IMG/VR virus record: IMGVR_UViG_3300028416_000004
Coordinates: 124,001-188,000 of that record
Direction: 5' to 3' (one strand)
Length of the DNA stretch: 64,000 nt
In this document: positions 1 to 9,951 of the stretch, piece by piece
Layout: each line of letters opens with the position of its first letter
Position numbering within the stretch: the first letter of the stretch is position 1
Translations under genes and position numbers: made by a program
The notes under the pieces: generated by a model
The model's input: the letters and a program-made list of their open reading frames with translations, nothing else
Databases searched by the model: none
What the model was told of the DNA's origin: nothing

Positions 1-1
1 C

Positions 2-1210
2 CTTTATGTTGACATTTATATTACCACAAGTTAATTGTCTCATATTAAAAACTTGAGCTAACGACAACATATATTCGCCATTTATATCAATATTAGATGA
101 AGTGCAATTGTTTCTAATATAAAAAGAATAAGCGCAATCATAATAGTATCTACGTTTTACGTAAGATGAAAAATCCAAAAACTCGGAATCCATAATAGTA
201 TAGACACTACCATATCCAGCATTACCAGATAAGAAGTATTTGTGTTCCTCATCAGATATTAATGTGAATTTACAGTCATTAACGGTATTTCTGATTTCAA
301 TTAATTGACAACTATTAGACCTTAAACTTTTAGTTTCTGAAAAGAAGTTAAAATTATTACCACCATTACATGTGAAATACATCGATAAACCGTTACTTGT
401 ATCTGGTCCTAAACCAGTAGCTTCAAATTCTAAATAACCCAACACTGTACATGTTTCACCAGTTGTTCCGTTTGGTGAGAATAGACCAACACTTTGACCA
501 GTTGGTGCCTCATTAATCATATTAATTTTAACACCAGCACAAAAATAATACGTTATACCATCTTTCCATAAATTTAATTCAGTCTGCCAAACACCATCAT
601 ATTGATTACCAGTAGAATCACTATTATCAAAAACAATTGTTTGTGGTAACACATATATTAAATCACCATATGTTGAAGCTGTTTTAGCACCATAAAGTGT
701 TTTAAATGGTTTATCTAATCTACCTTTTTCACCAGTTGAGTCATCACCATTCTCATCAACAAAAAGTGTATTTGAAATAGTTACACCTGTAAAGAAACCA
801 TCAATGTTTATACTATTATTAGCATTATCTAATAATGTTAATACACCATTCTCTTTACTATAAGTGCTTCCTGTAATAAAAGTATCTGTTATACCTGTAA
901 CATCTATTGTAACAAAATCATTTCTAGAAATTGTTAATAAATCTAACTCTTGATTATAAGTAGCTCCAGTTACATATTTATCTTGAGATGTTGCTGCACT
1001 AATTATATGTTGAACATCAACATAATCTATATTCCCATTTGATGAATTTCTTGCTAATATTTGAAATAAAGAATTATCATTACTTGGAACATCTACAATA
1101 TTTAATGTATTAGCAGATAAGTTAGCTTGAATATAAGTATTTCCACTTACAGTACCACCACTTAATGGTAAAAATTTATCATCTATTTTAAAAAAATATT
1201 GTCCAGCCAC
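2..1210 (-). CDS. Tail fibre/spike protein with probable beta-helix domain (partial, runs off window start)
   Basis: Not in the ORF track. Hand translation from GTG at 1210 (MAGQYFFKIDDKFLPLSGGTVSGNT...) stays open to the window edge. It has the fibre-type FLPLSGGT motif and LFVDENGDDSTG...KPFKTL..GDLIYVLP, typical of the start of pectin-lyase-like beta-helix domains. Confidence 0.7.
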   Translation of the reverse strand, partial: MAGQYFFKIDDKFLPLSGGTVSGNTYIQANLSANTLNIVDVPSNDNSLFQILARNSSNGNIDYVDVQHIISAATSQDKYVTGATYNQELDLLTISRNDFVTIDVTGITDTFITGSTYSKENGVLTLLDNANNSINIDGFFTGVTISNTLFVDENGDDSTGEKGRLDKPFKTLYGAKTASTYGDLIYVLPQTIVFDNSDSTGNQYDGVWQTELNLWKDGITYYFCAGVKINMINEAPTGQSVGLFSPNGTTGETCTVLGYLEFEATGLGPDTSNGLSMYFTCNGGNNFNFFSETKSLRSNSCQLIEIRNTVNDCKFTLISDEEHKYFLSGNAGYGSVYTIMDSEFLDFSSYVKRRYYYDCAYSFYIRNNCTSSNIDINGEYMLSLAQVFNMRQLTCGNINVNIK

Positions 1211-1211
1211 T

Positions 1212-1571
1212 TTATATATTATTTATATCTTCTTCAATTTTAATACTTATACCTCCTTCTCTAGGTAAAGACATCTTTGTTCCATTTGCAAAAAACAATT
1301 CAAATTCACCAATAAAATTTCCAGAAATAGCAGTATCTCCTTCTACCCATTGATATTGTATTATACCAGAGTCATTAGAAATTACTTGAGCTACTTTAGA
1401 AGATATAACTAAAGCTCCACAATCATCTACCATAGAAAATTCAACTTTAGTTACAGCACTTAAATTCAATCTATTCCAACCTCCTAAACAACCTTTATCA
1501 TAAACGGTAGCTATCAAAGCTGGTGCTGTATCATTTCTTTTTATAATAAATGGTTTTTCTCCTCTTGCCAT
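1212..1571 (-). CDS. BppU-like baseplate upper/Ig-like virion protein
   Basis: IKRNDTAP...GIIQYQWVEGDT...GNFIGEFE pattern typical of BppU N-terminal domains; tail gene context. Confidence 0.6.
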   Translation of the reverse strand: MARGEKPFIIKRNDTAPALIATVYDKGCLGGWNRLNLSAVTKVEFSMVDDCGALVISSKVAQVISNDSGIIQYQWVEGDTAISGNFIGEFELFFANGTKMSLPREGGISIKIEEDINNI

Positions 1572-1575
1572 ACTT

Positions 1576-1938
1576 TTAATTATTAACTATTTCTAATCTT
1601 ACTTCTTGATTTTCAAGTCTTATGTCAATATTTTGACCAACTACAACAGGGCTTAATTTAAATCTTGTTATAAGTCTCTTTTCTGGACTATCTACTGTAT
1701 ATTTTAAAACCCAATTCATTTCATATATATCATCAATATTGTATAAACCTGGGGATAAATTTACATAATACCTTCCTAAAGAATCATTTATAACTTCAGG
1801 ACTCTCTATAACAATAGAATCTCCTTCTATTGTTACATAACCAGATATTTCTTCTACATTTATTAAATCATATGTTTCTCCACTTAAAGTGGTTATATTG
1901 ATACAATAAAAATCTCTATAAAGTCTTAAATAAGCCAT
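1576..1938 (-). CDS. Hypothetical virion protein
   Basis: ORF track gives 1576..1962; ATG at 1938 (MAYLRLYRDF) is the more likely start. GRYYVNL Ig-like strand; structural context. Confidence 0.5.
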   Translation of the reverse strand: MAYLRLYRDFYCINITTLSGETYDLINVEEISGYVTIEGDSIVIESPEVINDSLGRYYVNLSPGLYNIDDIYEMNWVLKYTVDSPEKRLITRFKLSPVVVGQNIDIRLENQEVRLEIVNN

Positions 1939-2033
1939 AATCAAAAAAAGATATTTCCTCACAAATAAATAGTAACAAAAAAGGAGACTGTATTAAAACA
2001 ATCTCCTTTTTAAAAAATTTATTTATATATGTT

Positions 2034-2522
2034 TTAAGCACTAAGAAGACATCTGTCTGGTTGAACATTGATTTTAACTTTTGAAATATCATCTGAACCA
2101 TAATCATAACTATCAAAAGAAGCATTTGTAATAAAACAACCTATTAAAGTCCACTTTTCAACTTCAACACCAACAGGGTCAAGAGCTTTTAAAACTAAAT
2201 TCTTTTTGTATCCTACTGCATAACCCATTCTACCAGTTGCAGATTCAGCATGTAATCTTACCCATTCCATCACTTTTTGAGTTGTTGATGGTCCGATAAC
2301 ATCAATAAATTCAATATCAATTGCTGACCATTTGTATCTACCAGCAACGTATGTACTAGTGTTCATATATTGAATTTCAGTACTATTAATTTCTATCGTA
2401 GGTTTTCCAGAAGTTTGAACATTAAATGATTCAATACCTAATTCAGAAGGAAATTCCAATACGAATCTATTTTTTCTTTTAGGTTCCTGGTCTACAGGAA
2501 CTGGTCTAAACATTGTAGCCAT
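2034..2522 (-). CDS. Tail tube protein (T4 gp19-like)
   Basis: EPKRKNRF, YVAGRYKW, GRMGYAVGYKK, VEKWTLIGCF; 162 aa; directly downstream of the sheath gene. Confidence 0.9.
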   Translation of the reverse strand: MATMFRPVPVDQEPKRKNRFVLEFPSELGIESFNVQTSGKPTIEINSTEIQYMNTSTYVAGRYKWSAIDIEFIDVIGPSTTQKVMEWVRLHAESATGRMGYAVGYKKNLVLKALDPVGVEVEKWTLIGCFITNASFDSYDYGSDDISKVKINVQPDRCLLSA

Positions 2523-2635
2523 CTTAAACTTGTTTTTATTATTTTAATTACTTATAAATATTAAACAAAAAAAATTATTTGATTATATTTAATTTTTTTT
2601 TTAATTTATTTCTATAAAATTTAAAATTCACCAAT

Positions 2636-2662
2636 AAAAAAAGGGAACTAAATAGCTCCCTT
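2636..2662 (-). terminator. Intrinsic terminator after sheath gene
   Basis: Minus strand AAAGGGAGCTA-TT-TAGTTCCC followed by a T-run. Confidence 0.65.
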
Positions 2663-2700
2663 TATTTTTATAAATTTGTAAATTCTTAATATTTAAAAAG

Positions 2701-5034
2701 TTAAAAATCTTCGAATCTAGCTCCAGTAGGTAAAACTTGAAAAGTTAAATCTATAAACTCAGCAGTTCTTGTAGGTTTCAATTGAATTTTACCAACTAAA
2801 GTATTTCTATCTACAACCTCTGGTGGATTATTTGTTTCATCCATTATAACTCTAAATCCAGTTAAACCTCTTTGATTTTGAATTTGTAATAATAAAGGTT
2901 CTACTTTAGATAAGAATTGGTCTCTTAAAGTTTGGTCATTTTGCTCAAACAATAAAGTTTGAGATGTTGCAGCTACTACTCTTCTAATTTGTAACAATAA
3001 TCTTCTTACACTAATTCTATCAAGAGCAGACTGTCTAATTTGAAGTGTTTTTTGTCCATAAATTACCACTCCATTTTGAACAAATGTGGCGATTGGATTA
3101 ATTCTTCCTTCATATAATGAATCTCTATCAGTTTGACTCAATTTAATATCTGCTTTTCTTACAGAATCTCCAACAGTACCTCTATTTATACCAGCAGGTG
3201 CAAACCAAGGGAATGATACATTATCTGTTAAAGCGATTGATTTAACAACTTCAGCTGTAGGAGGTAAATATAAAAATTGTCCAGTTGATTGGTCTTCAAT
3301 TTGTACCCAAGGCCAATAAGTTGCTGCATAATTTGAATCAATACCTGTGTCTTGCATTGCTAAAACGGCTTCTTCTGGAGTACCTTTTGCTGTATCTGTA
3401 GTTAACCTAGGAGCATCAATTATATATAAAGTATCAGCTCTATCTTCTATCTTTCCTAAAGCATACTTAACTAATTCTTGGTTATTTCCGTAATCAATAC
3501 CTGGAGTAGCAAATAAGTTAACATCAACTTCTTCTGGGTTAGTGAAGATATCTATCGCTTCTTTAAAAGCCGTTCTATTAGAAGTGTCTGAAATATTTGT
3601 TGTAAATGTAGGAGTTCTAAATTTATTCCAACCATCAAAACCTCCAGCAGGAGCAAGTGTGAACTTTCTTTCTGCTTTAGTGTAACCACTTAAAGTTAAA
3701 CTTCCAGAAACAAACGTTGAAGGTGCTCCAGATTCTAAGTGAAAACCAGGTACTACAACTTTTCCAGCACTTCCAGTTCCTACATACTTAAACATATCTG
3801 CTTCAACAGTATTAATAACATTAGAAAAAGTAACTTTATCTGCAGTAAATTCAGTGTAAGCTAATTCTGAAATACCTAAGAAAGTTTTATTTACAGAATC
3901 TCCTGATAAATAAGATGTTTTATAATATAAAGGTGTTGCAGTAGTTCCAGTTTCTACCTCTACTTGACTATATCCTTCAAAACCTGCTGGAACAACATTT
4001 GAAGGATGTCCTTCTTGCATATCTAACGTTACAAATACAGATTGTCTAGGATATTCTTCATCAGTAGTACCAATTACTCTAGCAATATAATTTCTTTGAG
4101 TAGGGTCCATAGTAACACCTCTAAATCTCTCTAAAGCTGTTTGAAAAGCTGCTGAATCATTATCGTTAAAATCTCTAATTATTACATCAAAAGTTTTTGT
4201 GATTGTATCTATATTTGATATAGATATCTTAATTTCTCTATTCGCAGAATCTCCATCAGAAATAGATTGAAATTTAAATAATTTTCTAACTTGACCACCA
4301 ACTAAATTAGAAACAATATAAGGTGTCTCTGGATTAGTGTAAGGTCCAGCAAAATCTGTATAAGTTGAATCAGTTGAAAAAGTTATAGAATCTGAAATTC
4401 CTGTTATTGAACCTTCAGCTACTGCTTGTCTTAAAAAATGAGGATAAATAGATTCTACATAAATGCCATAATCTCCTGATAATTTTTTAGGATTTTTACC
4501 TATAACATTAACAATATAATCTTCTCTACTTTCATCTAAAGAAACTGTTAAAGTATTTGCAGAAAAAGGCCCTGTTGAAGCACTTAATACAAAACTTCCT
4601 AAAGGAGATGAAGATACTCCCTTTTCTAAGTCAGTTGCAATATTGTGTAAAAAAGTATTTCCTTCATCATCTGATTTACTTTTTATTACAGCAATAATAG
4701 CTCCATCATCTATTGTTCCTCCAGTAGGAGATGTTGCTGTGATAATCCATGCATTAGAATCGGTAAAACCTTCTTTTCCTAAAACTCTAGTTACAGTTAA
4801 TTCATTAGATTGTGTTAAAAAAGCGTTTGCTACATAAGGTAATTGTAAACTTGAATTTGTTCCTCCAAATCTAAACAAAAACTCATCAGTACTTCTAATA
4901 CTAATTGGTTCAAATGCTGGTCCTTTTTGTGTTAATCCAACAAGGCCTAACTTAGTTAAACCAACTCTTGATGCGAATACCGAAAAATCTTGCTCTTTTG
5001 TGTAAACGCCGGGCGATACGAATATAGTTGCCAT
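2701..5034 (-). CDS. Tail sheath protein (T4 gp18-like)
   Basis: N-terminal VSPGVYTKEQD and KGPAFEP; C-terminal YAATYWPW, WFAPAGINRG, GQKTLQ, LDRISVRRLL, KPTRTAEFI. Confidence 0.95.
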   Translation of the reverse strand: MATIFVSPGVYTKEQDFSVFASRVGLTKLGLVGLTQKGPAFEPISIRSTDEFLFRFGGTNSSLQLPYVANAFLTQSNELTVTRVLGKEGFTDSNAWIITATSPTGGTIDDGAIIAVIKSKSDDEGNTFLHNIATDLEKGVSSSPLGSFVLSASTGPFSANTLTVSLDESREDYIVNVIGKNPKKLSGDYGIYVESIYPHFLRQAVAEGSITGISDSITFSTDSTYTDFAGPYTNPETPYIVSNLVGGQVRKLFKFQSISDGDSANREIKISISNIDTITKTFDVIIRDFNDNDSAAFQTALERFRGVTMDPTQRNYIARVIGTTDEEYPRQSVFVTLDMQEGHPSNVVPAGFEGYSQVEVETGTTATPLYYKTSYLSGDSVNKTFLGISELAYTEFTADKVTFSNVINTVEADMFKYVGTGSAGKVVVPGFHLESGAPSTFVSGSLTLSGYTKAERKFTLAPAGGFDGWNKFRTPTFTTNISDTSNRTAFKEAIDIFTNPEEVDVNLFATPGIDYGNNQELVKYALGKIEDRADTLYIIDAPRLTTDTAKGTPEEAVLAMQDTGIDSNYAATYWPWVQIEDQSTGQFLYLPPTAEVVKSIALTDNVSFPWFAPAGINRGTVGDSVRKADIKLSQTDRDSLYEGRINPIATFVQNGVVIYGQKTLQIRQSALDRISVRRLLLQIRRVVAATSQTLLFEQNDQTLRDQFLSKVEPLLLQIQNQRGLTGFRVIMDETNNPPEVVDRNTLVGKIQLKPTRTAEFIDLTFQVLPTGARFEDF

Positions 5035-5100
5035 CTGATTATTATTTTTTAATTTTAAATTTATACAGTTTTACAATAAATAGGATAAAAAAATTCAAAA

Positions 5101-5817
5101 CTAACATTCGTCCTCACGAATTTGTATAGAAATTTTTGTAATTGTCTGAACTCTCTCGAATTTCTTTGGGTCTACGATTCTAGAATGTACCGTTAAAGGA
5201 TATACTAATTGAAAAAATCTATCTGAATCTATACTATCTACAGTGTTATCTTCACTAGGGTCTCCTAAAATAGCTGGTACATTATAACCATTAATTTTCA
5301 TATAACCTTGTCCGTCAGAAAAACCTTCTTCTAACATTTTTTCATATGAAATATTTACATCTTGCATATAATGAGTTAAAAATCTTAATTCATATTCTAC
5401 ATCCACCCAAGTAGGTTGTGGAATTTTAAAAATTTCATAACCCCCCAGCACTCCATCTGTACTAGGAACTTTAACATAATTAAATTTTAATTTTTTTGGT
5501 ACAGTTCTCCTTAATGGAGCTGTACCTTTTTTTACTGACTTTCTCCTCATAGTCATAAAAGGCATTCTTATCTCCTCTCCACTTTCATCTTTAAGATATT
5601 TCCAGTTCATTTTAAATTCAGCCCACCTTTCTTGTGTTAAAAATATAACTGGAACTCTTATGTCTTTACCTTCTGCATCTTCAACAGTAATATTTAAATC
5701 ATAAATGAAATCTCTCATACCCCTATCAACATCTTCTAATAAAAGTTTTTGAGGTAAATAATTATTATTTTTAAAACTATCATCAAGATTATCATTAATA
5801 TTTTTTTGTATAGACAT
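5101..5817 (-). CDS. Tail terminator/sheath stabiliser (T4 gp15-like)
   Basis: VPVIFLTQERW...IRMPFM..PQPTWVDVEYEL; position between neck and sheath genes. Confidence 0.65.
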   Translation of the reverse strand: MSIQKNINDNLDDSFKNNNYLPQKLLLEDVDRGMRDFIYDLNITVEDAEGKDIRVPVIFLTQERWAEFKMNWKYLKDESGEEIRMPFMTMRRKSVKKGTAPLRRTVPKKLKFNYVKVPSTDGVLGGYEIFKIPQPTWVDVEYELRFLTHYMQDVNISYEKMLEEGFSDGQGYMKINGYNVPAILGDPSEDNTVDSIDSDRFFQLVYPLTVHSRIVDPKKFERVQTITKISIQIREDEC

Positions 5818-5870
5818 TTATTTTTATTTTATCTTTTTTATAATAAATATTATATAATTTTAATTAAACA

Positions 5871-5902
5871 TTTGATTTTAAAATAAATTATGTATATATT
5901 CG
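5871..5902 (+). promoter_or_regulatory. Bacteroidota-type host promoter (TTTG-N20-TATATTCG)
   Basis: TTTG 5871-5874, 20-nt spacer, TATATTCG 5895-5902; near the -33/-7 consensus TTTG/TAnnTTTG. Confidence 0.5.
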
Positions 5903-5917
5903 CAAAAAGTTTTTAAA

Positions 5918-6697
5918 TTGAAGAGAGTAAGAATTACACATAACTTAATAAATAAATTGATAAAATCTGAAGAGATTTTAACTTTTTCTTATTTTGTTAA
6001 ATTAAAATACTTATACTCAAATTCTACTATTTATAATTTTTCATTAAGAAAAGCTGCTAGACTTATAGGCGTTTCTCCTAATTCTATAAAATTCCATTTA
6101 AAAAAAATGGAAGAAATGGAAATTATAAAAATTGTAAAAAATAAAAAAGGGGGTACAAATATCACCTTTTCTTCAATAGAAAAAATTTCAAAAAAATACG
6201 GAGTAAACCATAATAGTAAATGTGGTTCTATAATATTTCGTGATTCTGAAAATGTACAAGATATTAAAACTAGATTTTATTCTAAAGTTTTAATTAACAA
6301 TCTCAATAAACAGAGATATACTATCAAAGGAAAGTCCAACTCGCTTATGCGGAAAAGAGACCAATTAAACAAGTTAAATAAAAGTGGAGTTAATCCAGAT
6401 TTTTTACAAAGGTCAATTGCGAGTGAAAGGATAATGTTTGATACTTTTATATGCTGTGATACAATTGGTGATATGTTAGATAAAACTAAAATGACAGGTT
6501 ATAACCAACTAAAAAAAATGGTTAGGATGGGCTTGTTAAATATAAAAAAGAAACAAATGAAAGTTTTAGAAAATTGTAAAAAAGAAGACTTTGAACATTT
6601 ATGCAAAAATGGCAATTTAATAAAAGGTAAACATTTTTATAGTGTAAAAGAATCTTCTATTTTGAAAAATGTTGGTTTTTCAGTTGAAGTATTATAA
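5918..6697 (+). CDS. Basic tandem winged-helix DNA-binding protein
   Basis: Two HTH-like segments, FSLRKAARLIGVSPNSIKFHLKKMEEMEII and CDTIGDMLDKTKMTGYNQLKKMVRMGLL; Lys-rich; TTG start. Confidence 0.55.
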   Translation: MKRVRITHNLINKLIKSEEILTFSYFVKLKYLYSNSTIYNFSLRKAARLIGVSPNSIKFHLKKMEEMEIIKIVKNKKGGTNITFSSIEKISKKYGVNHNSKCGSIIFRDSENVQDIKTRFYSKVLINNLNKQRYTIKGKSNSLMRKRDQLNKLNKSGVNPDFLQRSIASERIMFDTFICCDTIGDMLDKTKMTGYNQLKKMVRMGLLNIKKKQMKVLENCKKEDFEHLCKNGNLIKGKHFYSVKESSILKNVGFSVEVL

Positions 6698-6795
6698 TTT
6701 TTTTTGTGTGTGCATTTTATTTTACTAACATACGGCGAGTTAATATCTTATACAGTAAACTATATGTTTTATTTTTGTTAATATTTTTTTGAAAA

Positions 6796-7359
6796 TTATC
6801 TTGCATTAAAAACATCACTGTTTACCTCAACAGCTATGATTGTAATTGAGAATAATTTATCACCACCCCAAGAATGTTTATTATCTATATTTGAACTACC
6901 ATCATCTGTTACTTCATAATAGTTACCTTTATGATAAACAAAGTCACCTACTCTTATTTCAGCATCTAATTCATCTAAATGTGTAAGATATATGCTAGCA
7001 GTTAATTTACCATATCCCCTTCTTATTAATCCACCTGGTGCAATATAATTTGGAGACTGAGATTCTACGTTAATTCTTCCGAAAACTTCAACAGGAGTTA
7101 AATGAACTTTCTTTTTAGATTCGCCATACAAATCGTGAGTTCTTGTCTTTTGATAATCTATTCTATATAAAATGAAAGATTCTTGTAATATCTCTTCAGT
7201 TATTTCTCTTCCTGAACTTTCAAAAAATCTTCTTTCTTTTTCGCCAAAAAATTTTTTAATCCCCTTTTGGGAATTATCCATCTCTCTTGCTTCAGCAGGT
7301 TTTTTTTGATTTCTATTTAATAACCTGTCTCTATTATTATTTCCTTTATTTCTAGACAT
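6796..7359 (-). CDS. Neck/head-closure protein (T4 gp14-like)
   Basis: ILYRID..T..HDLYGES..K, RVGDFV..KGNYYEV; follows the gp13-like gene. Confidence 0.7.
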   Translation of the reverse strand: MSRNKGNNNRDRLLNRNQKKPAEAREMDNSQKGIKKFFGEKERRFFESSGREITEEILQESFILYRIDYQKTRTHDLYGESKKKVHLTPVEVFGRINVESQSPNYIAPGGLIRRGYGKLTASIYLTHLDELDAEIRVGDFVYHKGNYYEVTDDGSSNIDNKHSWGGDKLFSITIIAVEVNSDVFNAR

Positions 7360-7373
7360 AAAATATCATTTAA

Positions 7374-8603
7374 TTAACCTAAATAAATAGGAAGTGGACC
7401 ATAACCTAAAGTTTTGTTTACATACTCTTGCATTAATGCATTGTTTTCTAATAAAGATTTATAATTTAATCTATCTAATAAATCTCTTAACTCCTCTTTT
7501 AAAGTTTTCATATCTTCTTTACCATTAGATATTAAATCTGCATGATTCATTGTTAGAGAAGCATCTGGTATTGGTAATTCACCTGAAAATTTACCTCTAA
7601 CACCAATTCCTAACAATTCTTTCGCATTAGCTTGTGCATATTTTTTAACCCATGTTTTTGCTGGGTCATTTAATTCATTAAATCTTAAATTATATAAAAC
7701 AGCATCAGAAGGGCCAGAAACTAAACCATTACCTTGATTTTGTAAACCGTCTACTGAATTTGTACTACCTGTAAATCCTGGATTTGCAGTATTTCCACTA
7801 AAAGCATCATTACCACCAATTCCTATTTTATCATAATAATAATAAAACATAGTTCCTGGAGTACCAGCACCTCCACCAATACCCATATTGGAAGCACCAA
7901 GACCTGTAGTAGTGTTTATTCTAGGTATAGGATATAAAGAAATTACTTTAGTCCCATTTGCACCTCCTCTAACCCTGTATGAATATTCAGAACCTCTAAC
8001 TTTATTTCTTAATTCAGCAGCTTGAGCTGTTAAAATAGTGTCATATACTGGCATCACATGGTATAATGTGTGACCAGCAAAAGAAGCTCCAAATTCAGAA
8101 AAAGCTATATTTGAATTTGCAAAAGGGTCTAAACCAAATAAATTTATAAAGTTAGGAGTAAACCAAAGAACTTCATTTATTTCTTGACCTGCAGGAATTA
8201 TGTAATCTTGTGTACCAGCTGTTAGGGGAATATTTCCTAACTTCAACTCCCTATTACTGTTCATACCCCCAAGACCACTTACTTGTTCAGCATAAGCAGT
8301 TGAGAATGTTTTTTCAAAACCAAAATTTTGTGAAACAAATTTTAAAGTAAAATCTATATCACTAGGCAAACCTAACATTTGTGAAAGTCTATTTTCTAAA
8401 GCCCATTGATGTATATAAGAAGAATATTCTTCAATAGCTTCACATAAACATTCTTCTAATTGTTCATCTTCTAATTCAACACCCATAACAGGCTCACCCA
8501 ACTTTCTTCTAATTCTTCTATAAATTCTAGAAATTTGTTGGTCAGTCATTCCTTCTAAACAACCTTCAGAAATAATTTCACAATACCCAAAACCTTGACT
8601 CAT
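7374..8603 (-). CDS. Neck/head-tail adaptor (T4 gp13-like)
   Basis: RRKLGEPVMGVELEDEQL, WVKKYAQANAKELLG..RGKFSG, C-terminal PLPIYLG. Confidence 0.85.
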   Translation of the reverse strand: MSQGFGYCEIISEGCLEGMTDQQISRIYRRIRRKLGEPVMGVELEDEQLEECLCEAIEEYSSYIHQWALENRLSQMLGLPSDIDFTLKFVSQNFGFEKTFSTAYAEQVSGLGGMNSNRELKLGNIPLTAGTQDYIIPAGQEINEVLWFTPNFINLFGLDPFANSNIAFSEFGASFAGHTLYHVMPVYDTILTAQAAELRNKVRGSEYSYRVRGGANGTKVISLYPIPRINTTTGLGASNMGIGGGAGTPGTMFYYYYDKIGIGGNDAFSGNTANPGFTGSTNSVDGLQNQGNGLVSGPSDAVLYNLRFNELNDPAKTWVKKYAQANAKELLGIGVRGKFSGELPIPDASLTMNHADLISNGKEDMKTLKEELRDLLDRLNYKSLLENNALMQEYVNKTLGYGPLPIYLG

Positions 8604-8633
8604 ATTATCTTTTTTTTAATTCAATAAATAAAA

Positions 8634-8891
8634 TTAATAAATGTTACTTTTTGATTTAAAACCTATAAAAGTTCCACTATTAACATTAATTGATTTAACT
8701 ACAACATCTATAGAACTATTTGTTGTACCACTCCAAGTAAAAGTTCCACCACCTAAAGCTGTTATATCAATTGAACCATCTGAAAGACAATAAACTTGAT
8801 GAACACTAGAACCTGTAATACCATCTCCTAAATCATTTAAATCCATAGTACCCACTAAAGGAATAACTTTATAGTTCGCTTTTATATTCAT
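8634..8891 (-). CDS. Small putative virion protein
   Basis: 85 aa, beta-rich and G/S/T-rich; upstream late-type motif; co-oriented with neck genes. Confidence 0.5.
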   Translation of the reverse strand: MNIKANYKVIPLVGTMDLNDLGDGITGSSVHQVYCLSDGSIDITALGGGTFTWSGTTNSSIDVVVKSINVNSGTFIGFKSKSNIY

Positions 8892-8916
8892 AATTTTATT
8901 TTTTATATATAAATAG

Positions 8917-8947
8917 TTGGAAAAAACAATCTATTTGGTTATATTTG
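8917..8947 (+). promoter_or_regulatory. Bacteroidota-type host promoter (TTG-N20-TATATTTG)
   Basis: TTG 8917-8919, 20-nt spacer, perfect TAnnTTTG at 8940-8947. Confidence 0.6.
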
Positions 8948-8979
8948 TGTTTATTTTTAAGGAGTAATATTTTAGGGGA

Positions 8980-9651
8980 ATGAATAAAGATTATATAATT
9001 AATGTTGATAATAAAAAAGATAAAGAAGCTTTAAAATCTTTTTTTAATTATATTGAAGAAAATTATGGTGAAGAATTTCCAATTCCTGATAATCATTTAG
9101 AAAATATTATTTCTAAAAAAATGTATAATGAATTGTTGTTTGAATATTATTTAGATACATATACGACTCTTTCTATTATGGAAGATAGAAATGTTGATGA
9201 ATTATTAGAGATTGAAAAAGAAGATTTATTAGGTTTTCATCATAATTTAACAAAAAAATTTAAAGTTAACTCAGATTTATATTTAACTAAACAGTATGAG
9301 AAACAATTAGAAGATTTTATTAATCTTTCTATTGATACAGATGATTATATTGTTAGTCCTATAAAAAAATTGAAAGAACTTGACTGGGAGGGGAGATATA
9401 TGAATCATTGTATTTCTACATATAGATATAAAATAACAGATGGTGATTATGTAGCCTTTAAATTTTATAACAAAAAATCTTGGGAAAGACTGACTTTAGG
9501 TTTTAATATAAAAAATAATGAATTAATTTTTAATCAACTAAAAGCTCATTCTAATTTTTCAGCTTCAAAAGAAAGTAGAGAGATGGTAATTGATTATTGC
9601 AATAAATTAAATTTAAAATTTGATAAAAATAATTACGATTTAAGAATTTAA
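8980..9651 (+). CDS. PcfJ-like domain protein
   Basis: ELDWEGRYMNHCISTY...RLTLG...QLKAHSN matches the PcfJ C-terminal signature. Confidence 0.7.
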   Translation: MNKDYIINVDNKKDKEALKSFFNYIEENYGEEFPIPDNHLENIISKKMYNELLFEYYLDTYTTLSIMEDRNVDELLEIEKEDLLGFHHNLTKKFKVNSDLYLTKQYEKQLEDFINLSIDTDDYIVSPIKKLKELDWEGRYMNHCISTYRYKITDGDYVAFKFYNKKSWERLTLGFNIKNNELIFNQLKAHSNFSASKESREMVIDYCNKLNLKFDKNNYDLRI

Positions 9652-9672
9652 TTTATATTTATATAATCTAAA

Positions 9673-9747
9673 GGCCCATTCGTCTAGTGGTTAGGACGCC
9701 AGGTTTTCATCCTGGAAACAGGAGTTCGATTCTCCTATGGGCTACCA
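9673..9747 (+). tRNA. tRNA-Glu(TTC)
   Basis: Cloverleaf GGCCCAT/ATGGGCT, anticodon arm CCAGG-TTTTCAT-CCTGG, GTTCGA T-loop, encoded CCA. Confidence 0.95.
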
Positions 9748-9821
9748 GGTCTGGTAGTTCAGATGGTTAGAATATCTGCCTGTCACGCAGAGGGTCGTGA
9801 GTTCGAATCTCATCCAGACCG
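9748..9821 (+). tRNA. tRNA-Asp(GTC)
   Basis: GGTCTGG/CCAGACC acceptor stem, TCTGC-CTGTCAC-GCAGA anticodon arm, GTTCGAA; no encoded CCA. Confidence 0.95.
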
Positions 9822-9826
9822 CAAAA

Positions 9827-9899
9827 TGACCTATGGTGTAACTGGTAACACATCTGATTTTGGTTCAGAAGAGTCTAGGTTCGAAACCTAGTAGGTCAA
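9827..9899 (+). tRNA. tRNA-Gln(TTG)
   Basis: TGACCTA/TAGGTCA acceptor with U1:A72, TCTGA-TTTTGGT-TCAGA anticodon arm, GGTTCGAA. Confidence 0.95.
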
Positions 9900-9900
9900 C

Positions 9901-9935
9901 AAAAAAACACAATCATTAATGGTTGTGTTTTTTTT
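9901..9935 (+). terminator. Intrinsic terminator after tRNA cluster
   Basis: AAAAAAACACAATCAT..ATGGTTGTGTTTTTTTT hairpin with T-tail. Confidence 0.7.
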
Positions 9936-9951
9936 TATAATTTAAAAATAT

